Shown: piece after piece, positions 1 through 13,338 of the stretch | Layout: each line of letters starts with the position of its first letter | How positions within the stretch are numbered: position 1 is the stretch's first letter | Source: Auanema rhodensis | Lineage: Eukaryota; Animalia; Nematoda | DNA length: 64,000 nucleotides | Assembly (NCBI GenBank): GCA_964057225.1 | Contig: OZ059896.1 | Location: forward strand, 3,100,001-3,164,000 | Direction of reading: 5' to 3' | The notes under the pieces: model-generated | Databases searched by the model: none | Told to the model about the DNA's origin: nothing | Seen by the model: the letters and a program-made list of their open reading frames with translations, nothing else | Position numbers and translations under genes: made by a program

Positions 1-19
1 ATGCACCGAGATATCAACT

Positions 20-41
20 GATATAAGTTCACACTTATATC
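20..41. other. 9-bp perfect stem with 4-nt loop, once per monomer (first copy shown)
   Basis: GATATAAGT-TCAC-ACTTATATC, with flanking CGAG (7-10) and CTCG (42-45) also complementary. Confidence 0.85.
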
Positions 42-302
42 CTCGATTTTCACCCTGAAGAAATAATTTTTTCGTTGAATAACATTGTCCATCGTTTTTG
101 CCTTGAAAAAAGGAATCTAAAAACATCTACTTTTTGCTAAATTATTTTGAAATTTTTCGAAAAAATTTTTGTCAAAATGTTTTTGGAAGCAATTTTGAGT
201 GTACATGGAAACTCAACATACACTAATGCATCATTTTTCAAACGATCATAACTAATTTTTGTATTTAGCTTTTCTCAATGTAATATAGTGCATTCGATGC
301 GG

Positions 303-353
303 ATTTTTAAGCTGCGTCGATCTGTGTTATCAGATTTGCGCTAGCTTAAAAAT
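303..353. other. ~51-bp imperfect inverted repeat, present once per monomer (first copy shown)
   Basis: ATTTTTAAGCT (303-313) is the reverse complement of AGCTTAAAAAT (343-353). Inner GCG/CGC and ATCTG/CAGAT pair around a TGTTAT loop. Confidence 0.85.
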
Positions 354-3300
354 GCACCGAGATATCAACTGATATAAGTTCACACTTATATCCTCGATTT
401 TCACCCTGAAGAATTAATTTTTTCGTTGAATAACATTGTCCATCGTTTTTGCCTTGAAAAAAGGAATCTAAAAACATCTACTTTTTGCTAAATTATTTTG
501 AAATTTTTCGAAAAAATTTTTGTCAAAATGTTTTTGGAAGCAATTTTGAGTGTACATGGAAACTCAACATACACTAATGCATCATTTTTCAAACGATCAT
601 AACTAATTTTTGTATTTAGCTTTTCTCAATGTAGTATAGTGCATTCGATGCGGATTTTTAAGCTGCGTCGATCTGTACTATCAGATTTGCGCTAGCTTGA
701 AAATGCACCGAGATATCAACTGATATAAGTTCACACTTATATCCTCGATTTTCACCCTGAAGAATTAATTTTTTCGTTGAATAACATTGTCCATCGTTTT
801 TGCCTTGAAAAAAGGAATCTAAAAACATCTACTTTTTGCTAAATTATTTTGAAATTTTTCGAAAAAATTTTTGTCAAAATGTTTTTGGAAGCAATTTTGA
901 GTGTACATGGAAACTCAACATACACTAATGCATCATTTTTCAAACGATCATAACTAATTTTTGTATTTAGCTTTTCTCAATGTAGTATAGTGCATTCGAT
1001 GCGGATTTTTAAGCTGCGTCGATCTGTACTATCAGATTTGCGCTAGCTTGAAAATGCACCGAGATATCAACTGATATAAGTTCACACCTATATCCTCGAT
1101 TTTCACCCTGAAGAATTAATTTTTTCGTTGAATAACATTGTCCATCGTTTTTGCCTTGAAAAAAGGAATCTAAAAACATCTACTTTTTGCTAAATTATTC
1201 TCAAATTTTTCGAAAAAATTTTTGTCAAAATGTTTTTGGAAGCAATTTTGAGTGTACATGGAAACTCAACATACACTAATGCATCACTTTTCAAACGATC
1301 ATAACTAATTTTTGTATTAAGCTTTTCTCAATGAAGTTTAGTGCATTCGATGCGGATTTTTAAGCTGCGTCGATCTGTGTTATCAGATTTGCGCTAGCTT
1401 AAAAATGCACCGAGATATCAACTGATATAAGTTCACACTTATATCCTCGATTTTCACCCTGAAGAATTAATTTTTTCGTTGAATAACATTGTCCATCGTT
1501 TTTGCCTTGAAAAAAGGAATCTAAAAACATCTACTTTCTGCTAAATTATTTTGAAATTTTTCGAAAAAATTTTTGTCAAAATGTTTTTGGAAGCAATTTT
1601 GAGTGTACATGGAAACTCAACATACACTAATGCATCATTTTTCAAACGATCATAACTAATTTTTGTATTTAGCTTTTCTCAATGTAGTATAGTGCATTCG
1701 ATGCGGATTTTTAAGCTGCGTCGATCTGTACTATCAGATTTGCGCTAGCTTGAAAATGCACCGAGATATCAACTGATATAAGTTCACACTTATATCCTCG
1801 ATTTTCACCCTGAAGAATTAATTTTTTCGTTGAATAACATTGTCCATCGTTTTTGCCTTGAAAAAAGGAATCTAAAAACATCTACTTTTTGCTAAATTAT
1901 TTTGAAATTTTTCGAAAAAATTTTTGTCAAAATGTTTTTGGAAGCAATTTTGAGTGTACATGGAAACTCAACATACACTAATGCATCATTTTTCAAACGA
2001 TCATAACTAATTTTTGTATTTAGCTTTTCTCAATGTAGTATAGTGCATTCGATGCGGATTTTTAAGCTGCGTCGATCTGTACTATCAGATTTGCGCTAGC
2101 TTGAAAATGCACCGAGATATCAACTGATATAAGTTCACACCTATATCCTCGATTTTCACCCTGAAGAATTAATTTTTTCGTTGAATAACATTGTCCATCG
2201 TTTTTGCCTTGAAAAAAGGAATCTAAAAACATCTACTTTTTGCTAAATTATTCTCAAATTTTTCGAAAAAATTTTTGTCAAAATGTTTTTGGAAGCAATT
2301 TTGAGTGTACATGGAAACTCAACATACACTAATGCATCATTTTTCAAACGATCATAACTAATTTTTGTATTAAGCTTTTCTCAATGAAGTTTAGTGCATT
2401 CGATGCGGATTTTTAAGCTGCGTCGATCTGTGTTATCAGATTTGCGCTAGCTTAAAAATGCACCGAGATATCAACTGATATAAGTTCACACTTATATCCT
2501 CGATTTTCACCCTGAAGAATTAATTTTTTCGTTGAATAACATTGTCCATCGTTTTTGCCTTGAAAAAAGGAATCTAAAAACATCTACTTTCTGCTAAATT
2601 ATTTTGAAATTTTTCGAAAAAATTTTTGTCAAAATGTTTTTGGAAGCAATTTTGAGTGTACATGGAAACTCAACATACACTAATGCATCATTTTTCAAAC
2701 GATCATAACTAATTTTTGTATTTAGCTTTTCTCAATGTAGTATAGTGCATTCGATGCGGATTTTTAAGCTGCGTCGATCTGTGTTATCAGATTTGCGCTA
2801 GCTTAAAAATGCACCGAGATATCAACTGATATAAGTTCACACTTATATCCTCGATTTTCACCCTGAAGAATTAATTTTTTCGTTGAATAACATTGTCCAT
2901 CGTTTTTGCCTTGAAAAAAGGAATCTAAAAACATCTACTTTTTGCTAAATTATTTTGAAATTTTTCGAAAAAATTTTTGTCAAAATGTTTTTGGAAGCAA
3001 TTTTGAGTGTACATGGAAACTCAACATACACTAATGCATCATTTTTCAAACGATCATAACTAATTTTTGTATTTAGCTTTTCTCAATGTAATATAGTGCA
3101 TTCGATGCGGATTTTTAAGCTGCGTCGATCTGTGTTATCAGATTTGCGCTAGCTTAAAAATGCACCGAGATATCAACTGATATAAGTTCACACTTATATC
3201 CTCGATTTTCACCCTGAAGAATTAATTTTTTCGTTGAATAACATTGTCCATCGTTTTTGCCTTGAAAAAAGGAATCTAAGAACATCTACTTTTTGCTAAA

Positions 3301-6300
3301 TTATTTTGAAATTTTTCGAAAAAATTTTTGTCAAAATGTTTTTGGAAGCAATTTTGAGTGTACATGGAAACTCAACATACACTAATGCATCATTTTTCAA
3401 ACGATCATAACTAATTTTTGTATTTAGCTTTTCTCAATGTAGTATAGTGCATTCGATGCGGATTTTTAAGCTGCGTCGATCTGTGTTATCAGATTTGCGC
3501 TAGCTTAAAAATGCACCGAGATATCAACTGATATAAGTTCACACTTATATCCTCGATTTTCACCCTGAAGAATTAATTTTTTCGTTGAATAACATTGTCC
3601 ATCGTTTTTGCCTTGAAAAAAGGAATCTAAAAACATCTACTTTTTGCTAAATTATTTTGAAATTTTTCGAAAAAATTTTTGTCAAAATGTTTTTGGAAGC
3701 AATTTTGAGTGTACATGGAAACTCAACATACACTAATGCATCATTTTTCAAACGATCATAACTAATTTTTGTATTTAGCTTTTCTCAATGTAATATAGTG
3801 CATTCGATGCGGATTTTTAAGCTGCGTCGATCTGTGTTATCAGATTTGCGCTAGCTTAAAAATGCACCGAGATATCAACTGATATAAGTTCACACTTATA
3901 TCCTCGATTTTCACCCTGAAGAATTAATTTTTTCGTTGAATAACATTGTCCATCGTTTTTGCCTTGAAAAAAGGAATCTAAGAACATCTACTTTTTGCTA
4001 AATTATTTTGAAATTTTTCGAAAAAATTTTTGTCAAAATGTTTTTGGAAGCAATTTTGAGTGTACATGGAAACTCAACATACACTAATGCATCATTTTTC
4101 AAACGATCATAACTAATTTTTGTATTTAGCTTTTCTCAATGTAGTATAGTGCATTCGATGCGGATTTTTAAGCTGCGTCGATCTGTGTTATCAGATTTGC
4201 GCTAGCTTAAAAATGCACCGAGATATCAACTGATATAAGTTCACACTTATATCCTCGATTTTCACCCTGAAGAATTAATTTTTTCGTTGAATAACATTGT
4301 CTATCGTTTTTGCCTTGAAAAAAGGAATCTAAAAACATCTACTTTTTGCTAAATTATTTTCAAATTTTTCGAAAAAATTTTTGTCAAAATGTTTTTGGAA
4401 GCAATTTTGAGTGTACATGGAAACTCAACATACACTAATGCATCATTTTTCAAACGATCATAACTAATTTTTGTATTCAGCTTTTTTCAATGTAGTATAG
4501 TGCATTCGATGCGGATTTTTATGCTGCGTCGATCGGTGTTATCAGATTTGCGCTAGCTTAAAAATGCACCGAGATATCAACTGATATAAGTTTACACTTA
4601 TATCCTCGATTTTCACCCTGAAGAAATAATTTTTTCGTTGAATAACATTGTCCATCGTTTTTGCCTTGAAAAAAGGAATCTAAAAACATCTACTTTTTGC
4701 TAAATTATTTTGAAATTTTTCGAAAAAATTTTTGTCAAAATGTTTTTGGAAGCAATTTTGAGTGTACATGGAAACTCAACATACACTAATGCATCATTTT
4801 TCAAACGATCATAACTAATTTTTGTATTCAGCTTTTTTCAATGTAGTATAGTGCATTCGATGCGGATTTTTATGCTGCGTCGATCGGTGTTATCAGATTT
4901 GCGCTAGCTTAAAAATGCACCGAGATATCAACTGATATAAGTTCACACTTATATCCTCGATTTTCACCCTGAAGAATTAATTTTTTCGTTGAATAACATT
5001 GTCTATCGTTTTTGCCTTGAAAAAAGGAATCTAAAAACATCTACTTTTTGCTAAATTATTTTCAAATTTTTCGAAAAAATTTTTGTCAAAATGTTTTTGG
5101 AAGCAATTTTGAGTGTACATGGAAACTCAACATACACTAATGCATCATTTTTCAAACGATCATAACTAATTTTTGTATTCAGCTTTTTTCAATGTAGTAT
5201 AGTGCATTCGATGCGGATTTTTATGCTGCGTCGATCGGTGTTATCAGATTTGCGCTAGCTTAAAAATGCACCGAGATATCAACTGATATAAGTTTACACT
5301 TATATCCTCGATTTTCACCCTGAAGAAATAATTTTTTCGTTGAATAACATTGTCCATCGTTTTTGCCTTGAAAAAAGGAATCTAAAAACATCTACTTTTT
5401 GCTAAATTATTTTGAAATTTTTCGAAAAAATTTTTGTCAAAATGTTTTTGGAAGCAATTTTGAGTGTACATGGAAACTCAACATACACTAATGCATCATT
5501 TTTCAAACGATCATAACTAATTTTTGTATTCAGCTTTTTTCAATGTAGTATAGTGCATTCGATGCGGATTTTTATGCTGCGTCGATCGGTGTTATCAGAT
5601 TTGCGCTAGCTTAAAAATGCACCGAGATATCAACTGATATAAGTTTACACTTATATCCTCGATTTTCACCCTGAAGAAATAATTTTTTCGTTGAATAACA
5701 TTGTCCATCGTTTTTGCCTTGAAAAAAGGAATCTAAAAACATCTACTTTTTGCTAAATTATTTTGAAATTTTTCGAAAAAATTTTTGTCAAAATGTTTTT
5801 GGAAGCAATTTTGAGTGTACATGGAAACTCAACATACACTAATGCATCATTTTTCAAACGATCATAACTAATTTTTGTATTTAGCTTTTCTCAATGTAAT
5901 ATAGTGCATTCGATGCGGATTTTTAAGCTGCGTCGATCTGTGTTATCAGATTTGCGCTAGCTTAAAAATGCACCGAGATATCAACTGATATAAGTTCACA
6001 CTTATATCCTCGATTTTCACCCTGAAGAATTAATTTTTTCGTTGAATAACATTGTCCATCGTTTTTGCCTTGAAAAAAGGAATCTAAAAACATCTACTTT
6101 TTGCTAAATTATTTTGAAATTTTTCGAAAAAATTTTTGTCAAAATGTTTTTGGAAGCAATTTTGAGTGTACATGGAAACTCAACATACACTAATGCATCA
6201 TTTTTCAAACGATCATAACTAATTTTTGTATTTAGCTTTTCTCAATGTAGTATAGTGCATTCGATGCGAATTTTTAAGCTGCGTCGATCTGTACTATCAG

Positions 6301-9300
6301 ATTTGCGCTAGCTTGAAAATGCACCGAGATATCAACTGATATAAGTTCACACTTATATCCTCGATTTTCACCCTGAAGAATTAATTTTTTCGTTGAATAA
6401 CATTGTCCATCGTTTTTGCCTTGAAAAAAGGAATCTAAAAACATCTACTTTTTGCTAAATTATTTTGAAATTTTTCGAAAAAATTTTTGTCAAAATGTTT
6501 TTGGAAGCAATTTTGAGTGTACATGGAAACTCAACATACACTAATGCATCATTTTTCAAACGATCATAACTAATTTTTGTATTTAGCTTTTCTCAATGTA
6601 GTATAGTGCATTCGATGCGGATTTTTAAGCTGCGTCGATCTGTACTATCAGATTTGCGCTAGCTTGAAAATGCACCGAGATATCAACTGATATAAGTTCA
6701 CACCTATATCCTCGATTTTCACCCTGAAGAATTAATTTTTTCGTTGAATAACATTGTCTATCGTTTTTGCCTTGAAAAAAGGAATCTAAAAACTTCTACT
6801 TTTTGCTAAATTATTCTCAAATTTTTCGAAAAAATTTTTGTCAAAATGTTTTTGGAAGCAATTTTGAGTGTACATGGAAACTCAACATACACTAATGCAT
6901 CATTTTTCAAACGATCATAACTAATTTTTGTATTTAGCTTTTCTCAATGTAGTATAGTGCATTCGATGCGGATTTTTAAGCTGCGTCGATCTGTGTTATC
7001 AGATTTGCGCTAGCTTAAAAATGCACCGAGATATCAACTGATATAAGTTCACACTTATATCCTCGATTTTCACCCTGGAGAATTAATTTTTTCGTTGAAT
7101 AACATTGTCCATCGTTTTTGCCTTGAAAAAAGGAATCTAAAAACATCTACTTTCTGCTAAATTATTTTGAAATTTTTCGAAAAAATTTTTGTCAAAATGT
7201 TTTTGGAAGCAATTTTGAGTGTACATGGAAACTCAACATACACTAATGCATCATTTTTCAAACGATCATAACTAATTTTTGTATTAAGCTTTTCTCAATG
7301 AAGTTTAGTGCATTCGATGCGGATTTTTAAGCTGCGTCGATCTGTGTTATCAGATTTGCGCTAGCTTAAAAATGCACCGAGATATCAACTGATATAAGTT
7401 CACACTTATATCCTCGATTTTCACCCTGAAGAATTAATTTTTTCGTTGAATAACATTGTCCATCGTTTTTGCCTTGAAAAAAGGAATCTAAAAACATCTA
7501 CTTTCTGCTAAATTATTTTGAAATTTTTCGAAAAAATTTTTGTCAAAATGTTTTTGGAAGCAATTTTGAGTGTACATGGAAACTCAACATACACTAATGC
7601 ATCATTTTTCAAACGATCATAACTAATTTTTGTATTTAGCTTTTCTCAATGTAGTATAGTGCATTCGATGCGGATTTTTAAGCTGCGTCGATCTGTGTTA
7701 TCAGATTTGCGCTAGCTTAAAAATGCACCGAGATATCAACTGATATAAGTTCACACTTATATCCTCGATTTTCACCCTGAAGAATTAATTTTTTCGTTGA
7801 ATAACATTGTCCATCGTTTTTGCCTTGAAAAAAGGAATCTAAAAACATCTACTTTCTGCTAAATTATTTTCAAATTTTTCGAAAAAATTTTTGTCAAAAT
7901 GTTTTTGGAAGCAATTTTGAGTGTACATGGAAACTCAACATACACTAATGCATCATTTTTCAAACGATCATAACTAATTTTTGTATTCAGCTTTTTTCAA
8001 TGTAGTATAGTGCATTCGATGCGGATTTTTATGCTGCGTCGATCTGTGTTATCAGATTTGCGCTAGCTTAAAAATGCACCGAGATATCAACTGATATAAG
8101 TTTACACTTATATCCTCGATTTTCACCCTGAAGAAATAATTTTTTCGTTGAATAACATTGTCCATCGTTTTTGCCTTGAAAAAAGGAATCTAAAAACATC
8201 TACTTTTTGCTAAATTATTTTGAAATTTTTCGAAAAAATTTTTGTCAAAATGTTTTTGGAAGCAATTTTGAGTGTACATGGAAACTCAACATACACTAAT
8301 GCATCATTTTTCAAACGATCATAACTAATTTTTGTATTAAGCTTTTCTCAATGAAGTTTAGTGCATTCGATGCGGATTTTTAAGCTGCGTCGATCTGTGT
8401 TATCAGATTTGCGCTAGCTTAAAAATGCACCGAGATATCAACTGATATAAGTTCACACTTATATCCTCGATTTTCACCCTGAAGAATTAATTTTTTCGTT
8501 GAATAACATTGTCCATCGTTTTTGCCTTGAAAAAAGGAATCTAAAAACATCTACTTTTTGCTAAATTATTTTGAAATTCTTCGAAAAAATTTTTGTCAAA
8601 ATGTTTTTGGAAGCAATTTTGAGTGTACATGGAAACTCAACATACACTAATGCATCATTTTTCAAACGATCATAACTAATTTTTGTATTTAGCTTTTCTC
8701 AATGTAATATAGTGCATTCGATGCGGATTTTTAAGCTGCGTCGATCTGTGTTATCAGATTTGCGCTAGCTTGAAAATGCACCGAGATATCAACTGATATA
8801 AGTTCACACCTATATCCTCGATTTTCACCCTGAAGAATTAATTTTTTCGTTGAATAACATTGTCCATCGTTTTTGCCTTGAAAAAAGAAATCTAAAAACA
8901 TCTACTTTTTGCTAAATTATTTTGAAATTTTTCGAAAAAATTTTTGTCAAAATGTTTTTGGAAGCAATGTTGAGTGTACATGGAAACTCAACATACACTA
9001 ATGCATCATTTTTCAAACGATCATAACTAATTTTTGTATTAAGCGTTTCTCAATGTAGTATAGTGCATTCGATGCGGATTTTTAAGCTGCGTCGATCTGT
9101 ACTATCAGATTTGCGCTAGCTTGAAAATGCACCGAGATATCAACTGATATAAGTTCACACCTATATCCTCGATTTTCACCCTGAAGAATTAATTTTTTCG
9201 TTGAATAACATTGTCTATCGTTTTTGCCTTGAAAAAAGGAATCTAAAAACATCTACTTTTTGCTAAATTATTTTCAAATTTTTCGAAAAAATTTTTGTCA

Positions 9301-10530
9301 AAATGTTTTTGGAAGCAATTTTGAGTGTACATGGAAACTCAACATACACTAATGCATCATTTTTCAAACGATCATAACTAATTTTTGTATTTAGCTTTTC
9401 TCAATGTAATATAATGCATTCGATGCGGATTTTTAAGCTGCGTCGATCTGTGTTATCAGATTTGCGCTAGCTTAAAAATGCACCGAGATATCAACTGATA
9501 TAAGTTCACACTTATATCCTCGATTTTCACCCTGAAGAATTAATTTTTTCGTTGAATAACATTGTCCATCGTTTTTGCCTTGAAAAAAGAAATCTAAAAA
9601 CATCTACTTTTTGCTAAATTATTTTGAAATTTTTCGAAAAAATTTTTGTCAAAATGTTTTTGGAAGCAATGTTGAGTGTACATGGAAACTCAACATACAC
9701 TAATGCATCATTTTTCAAACGATCATAACTAATTTTTGTATTAAGCGTTTCTCAATGTAGTATAGTGCATTCGATGCGGATTTTTAAGCTGCGTCGATCT
9801 GTACTATCAGATTTGCGCTAGCTTGAAAATGCACCGAGATATCAACTGATATAAGTTCACACCTATATCCTCGATTTTCACCCTGAAGAATTAATTTTTT
9901 CGTTGAATAACATTGTCTATCGTTTTTGCCTTGAAAAAAGGAATCTAAAAACATCTACTTTTTGCTAAATTATTTTCAAATTTTTCGAAAAAATTTTTGT
10001 CAAAATGTTTTTGGAAGCAATTTTGAGTGTACATGGAAACTCAACATACACTAATGCATCATTTTTCAAACGATCATAACTAATTTTTGTATTTAGCTTT
10101 TCTCAATGTAGTTCAGTGCATTCGATGCGGATTTTTAAGCTGCGTCGATCTGTACTATCAGATTTGCGCTAGCTTGAAAATGCACCGAGATATCAACTGA
10201 TATAAGTTCACACCTATATCCTCGATTTTCACCCTGAAGAATTAATTTTTTCGTTGAATAACATTGTCTATCGTTTTTGCCTTGAAAAAAGGAATCTAAA
10301 AACATCTACTTTTTGCTAAATTATTTTCAAATTTTTCGAAAAAATTTTTGTCAAAATGTTTTTGGAAGCAATTTTGAGTGTACATGGAAACTCAACATAC
10401 ACTAATGCATCATTTTTCAAACGATCATAACTAATTTTTGTATTTAGCTTTTCTCAATGTAGTATAGTGCATTCGATGCGGATTTTTAAGCTGCGTCGAT
10501 CTGTGTTATCAGATTTGCGCTAGCTTGAAA

Positions 10531-13338
10531 ATGCACCGAGATATCAACTGATATAGGTTCACACTTATATCCTCGATTTTCACCGTGAAGAATTAATTTT
10601 TTTGTTGAATAACAATGTCCATCGTCTTTGTCTTGAAAAAAGGAATCTAAAAACATCTACTTTTTGTGAAATTATTTTGAAATTTTTCGGGAAAATTTTT
10701 GTCAAAATGTTTTTGGAAGCAATGTTGAGTGTACATGGAAACTCAACATACACTAATGCATCATTTTTCAAAGGATCATAACTAATTTTTGTATTGAGCG
10801 TTTCTTAATGTAGTATAGTGCATTCGATGCGGATTTTTAAGCTGGGTCGATCTGTGTTATCAGATTTGCGCTACCTTAAAAATACACCGAGATATCAACT
10901 GATATAAGTTCACACTTATATCCTCGATTTTCACCCTGAAGAATTAATTTTTTTGTTGAATAACAATGTCCATCGTCTTTGTCTTGAAAAAAAGAATCTA
11001 AAAACATCTACTTTTTGTGAAATTATTTTGAAATTTTTCGGGAAACTTTTTGTCAAAATGTTTTTGGAAGCAATGTTGAGTGTACATGGAAACTCAACAT
11101 ACACTAATGCATCATTTTTCAAACGATCATAACTAATTTTTGTATTGAGCGTTGCTTAATGTAGTATAGTGCATTCGATGCGGATTTTTAAGCTGCGTCG
11201 ATCTGTGTTATCAGATTTGCGCTAGCTTAAAAATGCACCGAGATATCAACTGATATAGGTTCACACTTATATCCTCGATTTTCACCGTGAAGAATTAATT
11301 TTTTTGTTGAATGACAATGTCCATCGTCTTTGTCTTGAAAAAAGAAATCTAAAAACATCTACTTTTTGTAAAATTATTTTGAAATTTTTCGGGAAACTTT
11401 TTGTCAAAATGTTTTTGGAAGCAATGTTGAGTGTACATGGAAACTCAACATACACTAATGCATCATTTTTCAAACGATCATAACTAATTTTTGTATTGAG
11501 CGTTGCTTAATGTAGTATAGTGCATTCGATGCGGATTTTTAAGCTGCGTCGATCTGTGTTATCAGATTTGCGCTAGCTTGAAAATGCACCGAGATATCAA
11601 CTGATATAGGTTCACACTTATATCCTCGATTTTCACCGTGAAGAATTAATTTTTTTGTTGAATAACAATGTCCATCGTCTTTGTCTTGAAAAAAGGAATC
11701 TAAAAACATCTACTTTTTGTGAAATTATTTTGAAATTTTTCGGGAAAATTTTTGTCAAAATGTTTTTGGAAGCAATGTTGAGTGTACATGGAAACTCAAC
11801 ATACACTAATGCATCATTTTTCAAAGGATCATAACTAATTTTTGTATTGAGCGTTTCTTAATGTAGTATAGTGCATTCGATGCGGATTTTTAAGCTGGGT
11901 CGATCTGTGTTATCAGATTTGCGCTACCTTAAAAATACACCGAGATATCAACTGATATAAGTTCACACTTATATCCTCGATTTTCACCCTGAAGAATTAA
12001 TTTTTTTGTTGAATAACAATGTCCATCGTCTTTGTCTTGAAAAAAAGAATCTAAAAACATCTACTTTTTGTGAAATTATTTTGAAATTTTTCGGGAAACT
12101 TTTTGTCAAAATGTTTTTGGAAGCAATGTTGAGTGTACATGGAAACTCAACATACACTAATGCATCATTTTTCAAACGATCATAACTAATTTTTGTATTG
12201 AGCGTTGCTTAATGTAGTATAGTGCATTCGATGCGGATTTTTAAGCTGCGTCGATCTGTGTTATCAGATTTGCGCTAGCTTAAAAATGCACCGAGATATC
12301 AACTGATATAGGTTCACACTTATATCCTCGATTTTCACCGTGAAGAATTAATTTTTTTGTTGAATGACAATGTCCATCGTCTTTGTCTTGAAAAAAGAAA
12401 TCTAAAAACATCTACTTTTTGTAAAATTATTTTGAAATTTTTCGGGAAAATTTTTGTCAAAATGTTTTTGGAAGCAATGTTGTGTGTACATGGAAACTCA
12501 ACATACACTAATGCATCATTTTTCAAACGATCATAACTAATTTTTGTATTGAGCGTTTCTTAATGTAGTATAGTACATTCGATGCGGATTTTTAAGCTGC
12601 GTCGATCTGTGTTATCAGATTTGCGCTAGCTTAAAAATGAACCGAGATATCAACCGATATAGATTCACACTTATATCCTCGATTTTCACCCTGAAGATTT
12701 AATTTTTTCGTTGAATAACATTGTCCATCGTCTTTGTCTTGAAAAAAGGAATCTGAAAACATCTACTTTTTGTGAAATTATTTTGAAATTTTTCGGGAAA
12801 ATTTTTGTCAAAATGTTTTTGGAAGCAATGTTGAGTGTACATGGAAACTCAACATACACTAATGCATCATTTTTCAAACGATCATAACTAATTTTTGTAT
12901 TGAGCGTTTCTCCATGTAGTATAGTGCATTCGATGCGGATGTTTAAGCTGCGTCTATCTGTGTTATCAGATTTGCGCTAGCTTGAATATGCACCGAGATA
13001 TCAACTGATATAGGTTCACACTTATATCCTCGATTTTCACCGTGAAGAATTAATTTTTTTGTTGAATAACAATGTCCATCGTCTTTGTCTTGAAAAAAGG
13101 AATCTAAAAACATCTACTTTTTGTGAAATTATTTTGAAATTTTTCGGGAAACTTTTTGTCAAAATGTTTTTGGAAGCAATGTTGAGTGTACATGGAAACT
13201 CAACATACACTAATGCATCATTTTTCAAAGGATCATAACTAATTTTTGTATTGAGCGTTTCTTAATGTAGTATAGTGCATTCGATGCGGATTTTTAAGCT
13301 GGGTCGATCTGTGTTATCAGATTTGCGCTACCTTAAAA
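10531..13338. repeat. Subfamily B block, 8 monomers
   Basis: Alleles CGTCTTTGTC, TGTGAAATT/TGTAAAATT, TTCGGGAAA, GCAATGTTG and TATTGAGCG; eight consecutive ORF-track hits from 10580 to 13228. Confidence 0.95.
10722..10749. other. 9-bp perfect stem with 10-nt loop in B monomers (one mismatch in A)
   Basis: ATGTTGAGT-GTACATGGAA-ACTCAACAT. Confidence 0.8.

Larger units (their letters stand above)
1..10530. repeat. Subfamily A block, 30 monomers
   Basis: Diagnostic alleles CGTTTTTGCC, TGCTAAATT and TTCGAAAAAA throughout; GCAATTTTG in all but two monomers. No 63-aa ORF because TGCTAAA reads as a TAG stop on the minus strand. Confidence 0.95.

Noticed and set aside
20-45. tRNA T-arm or Pol III B-box (GGTTCACAC); 5S or SL RNA array
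   Set aside because: It mismatches GTTCRANNC, there is no A-box or cloverleaf, and I recognise no similarity to 5S or spliced-leader sequences.
70-87. CENP-B box-like TTCGTTGAA
   Set aside because: It lacks the required downstream CGGG at the correct spacing, and TTCG is lost in most B monomers.
55-125. Hammerhead ribozyme/retrozyme (CTGAAGA followed by GAAA; monomer size fits such repeats)
   Set aside because: No stem II pairing between CTGAAGA and the next GAAA could be built, and most B monomers read GTGAAGA. An Infernal/RNAmotif scan of a consensus dimer would settle it.
1-351. Assignment to a named satellite (e.g. Drosophila 1.688/359-bp or beetle ~360-bp families), or an internal 2x175 / 3x117 subrepeat
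   Set aside because: Only length and AT content are similar. I cannot recognise sequence homology or internal subrepeats by eye, so BLAST and a self dot plot are needed.
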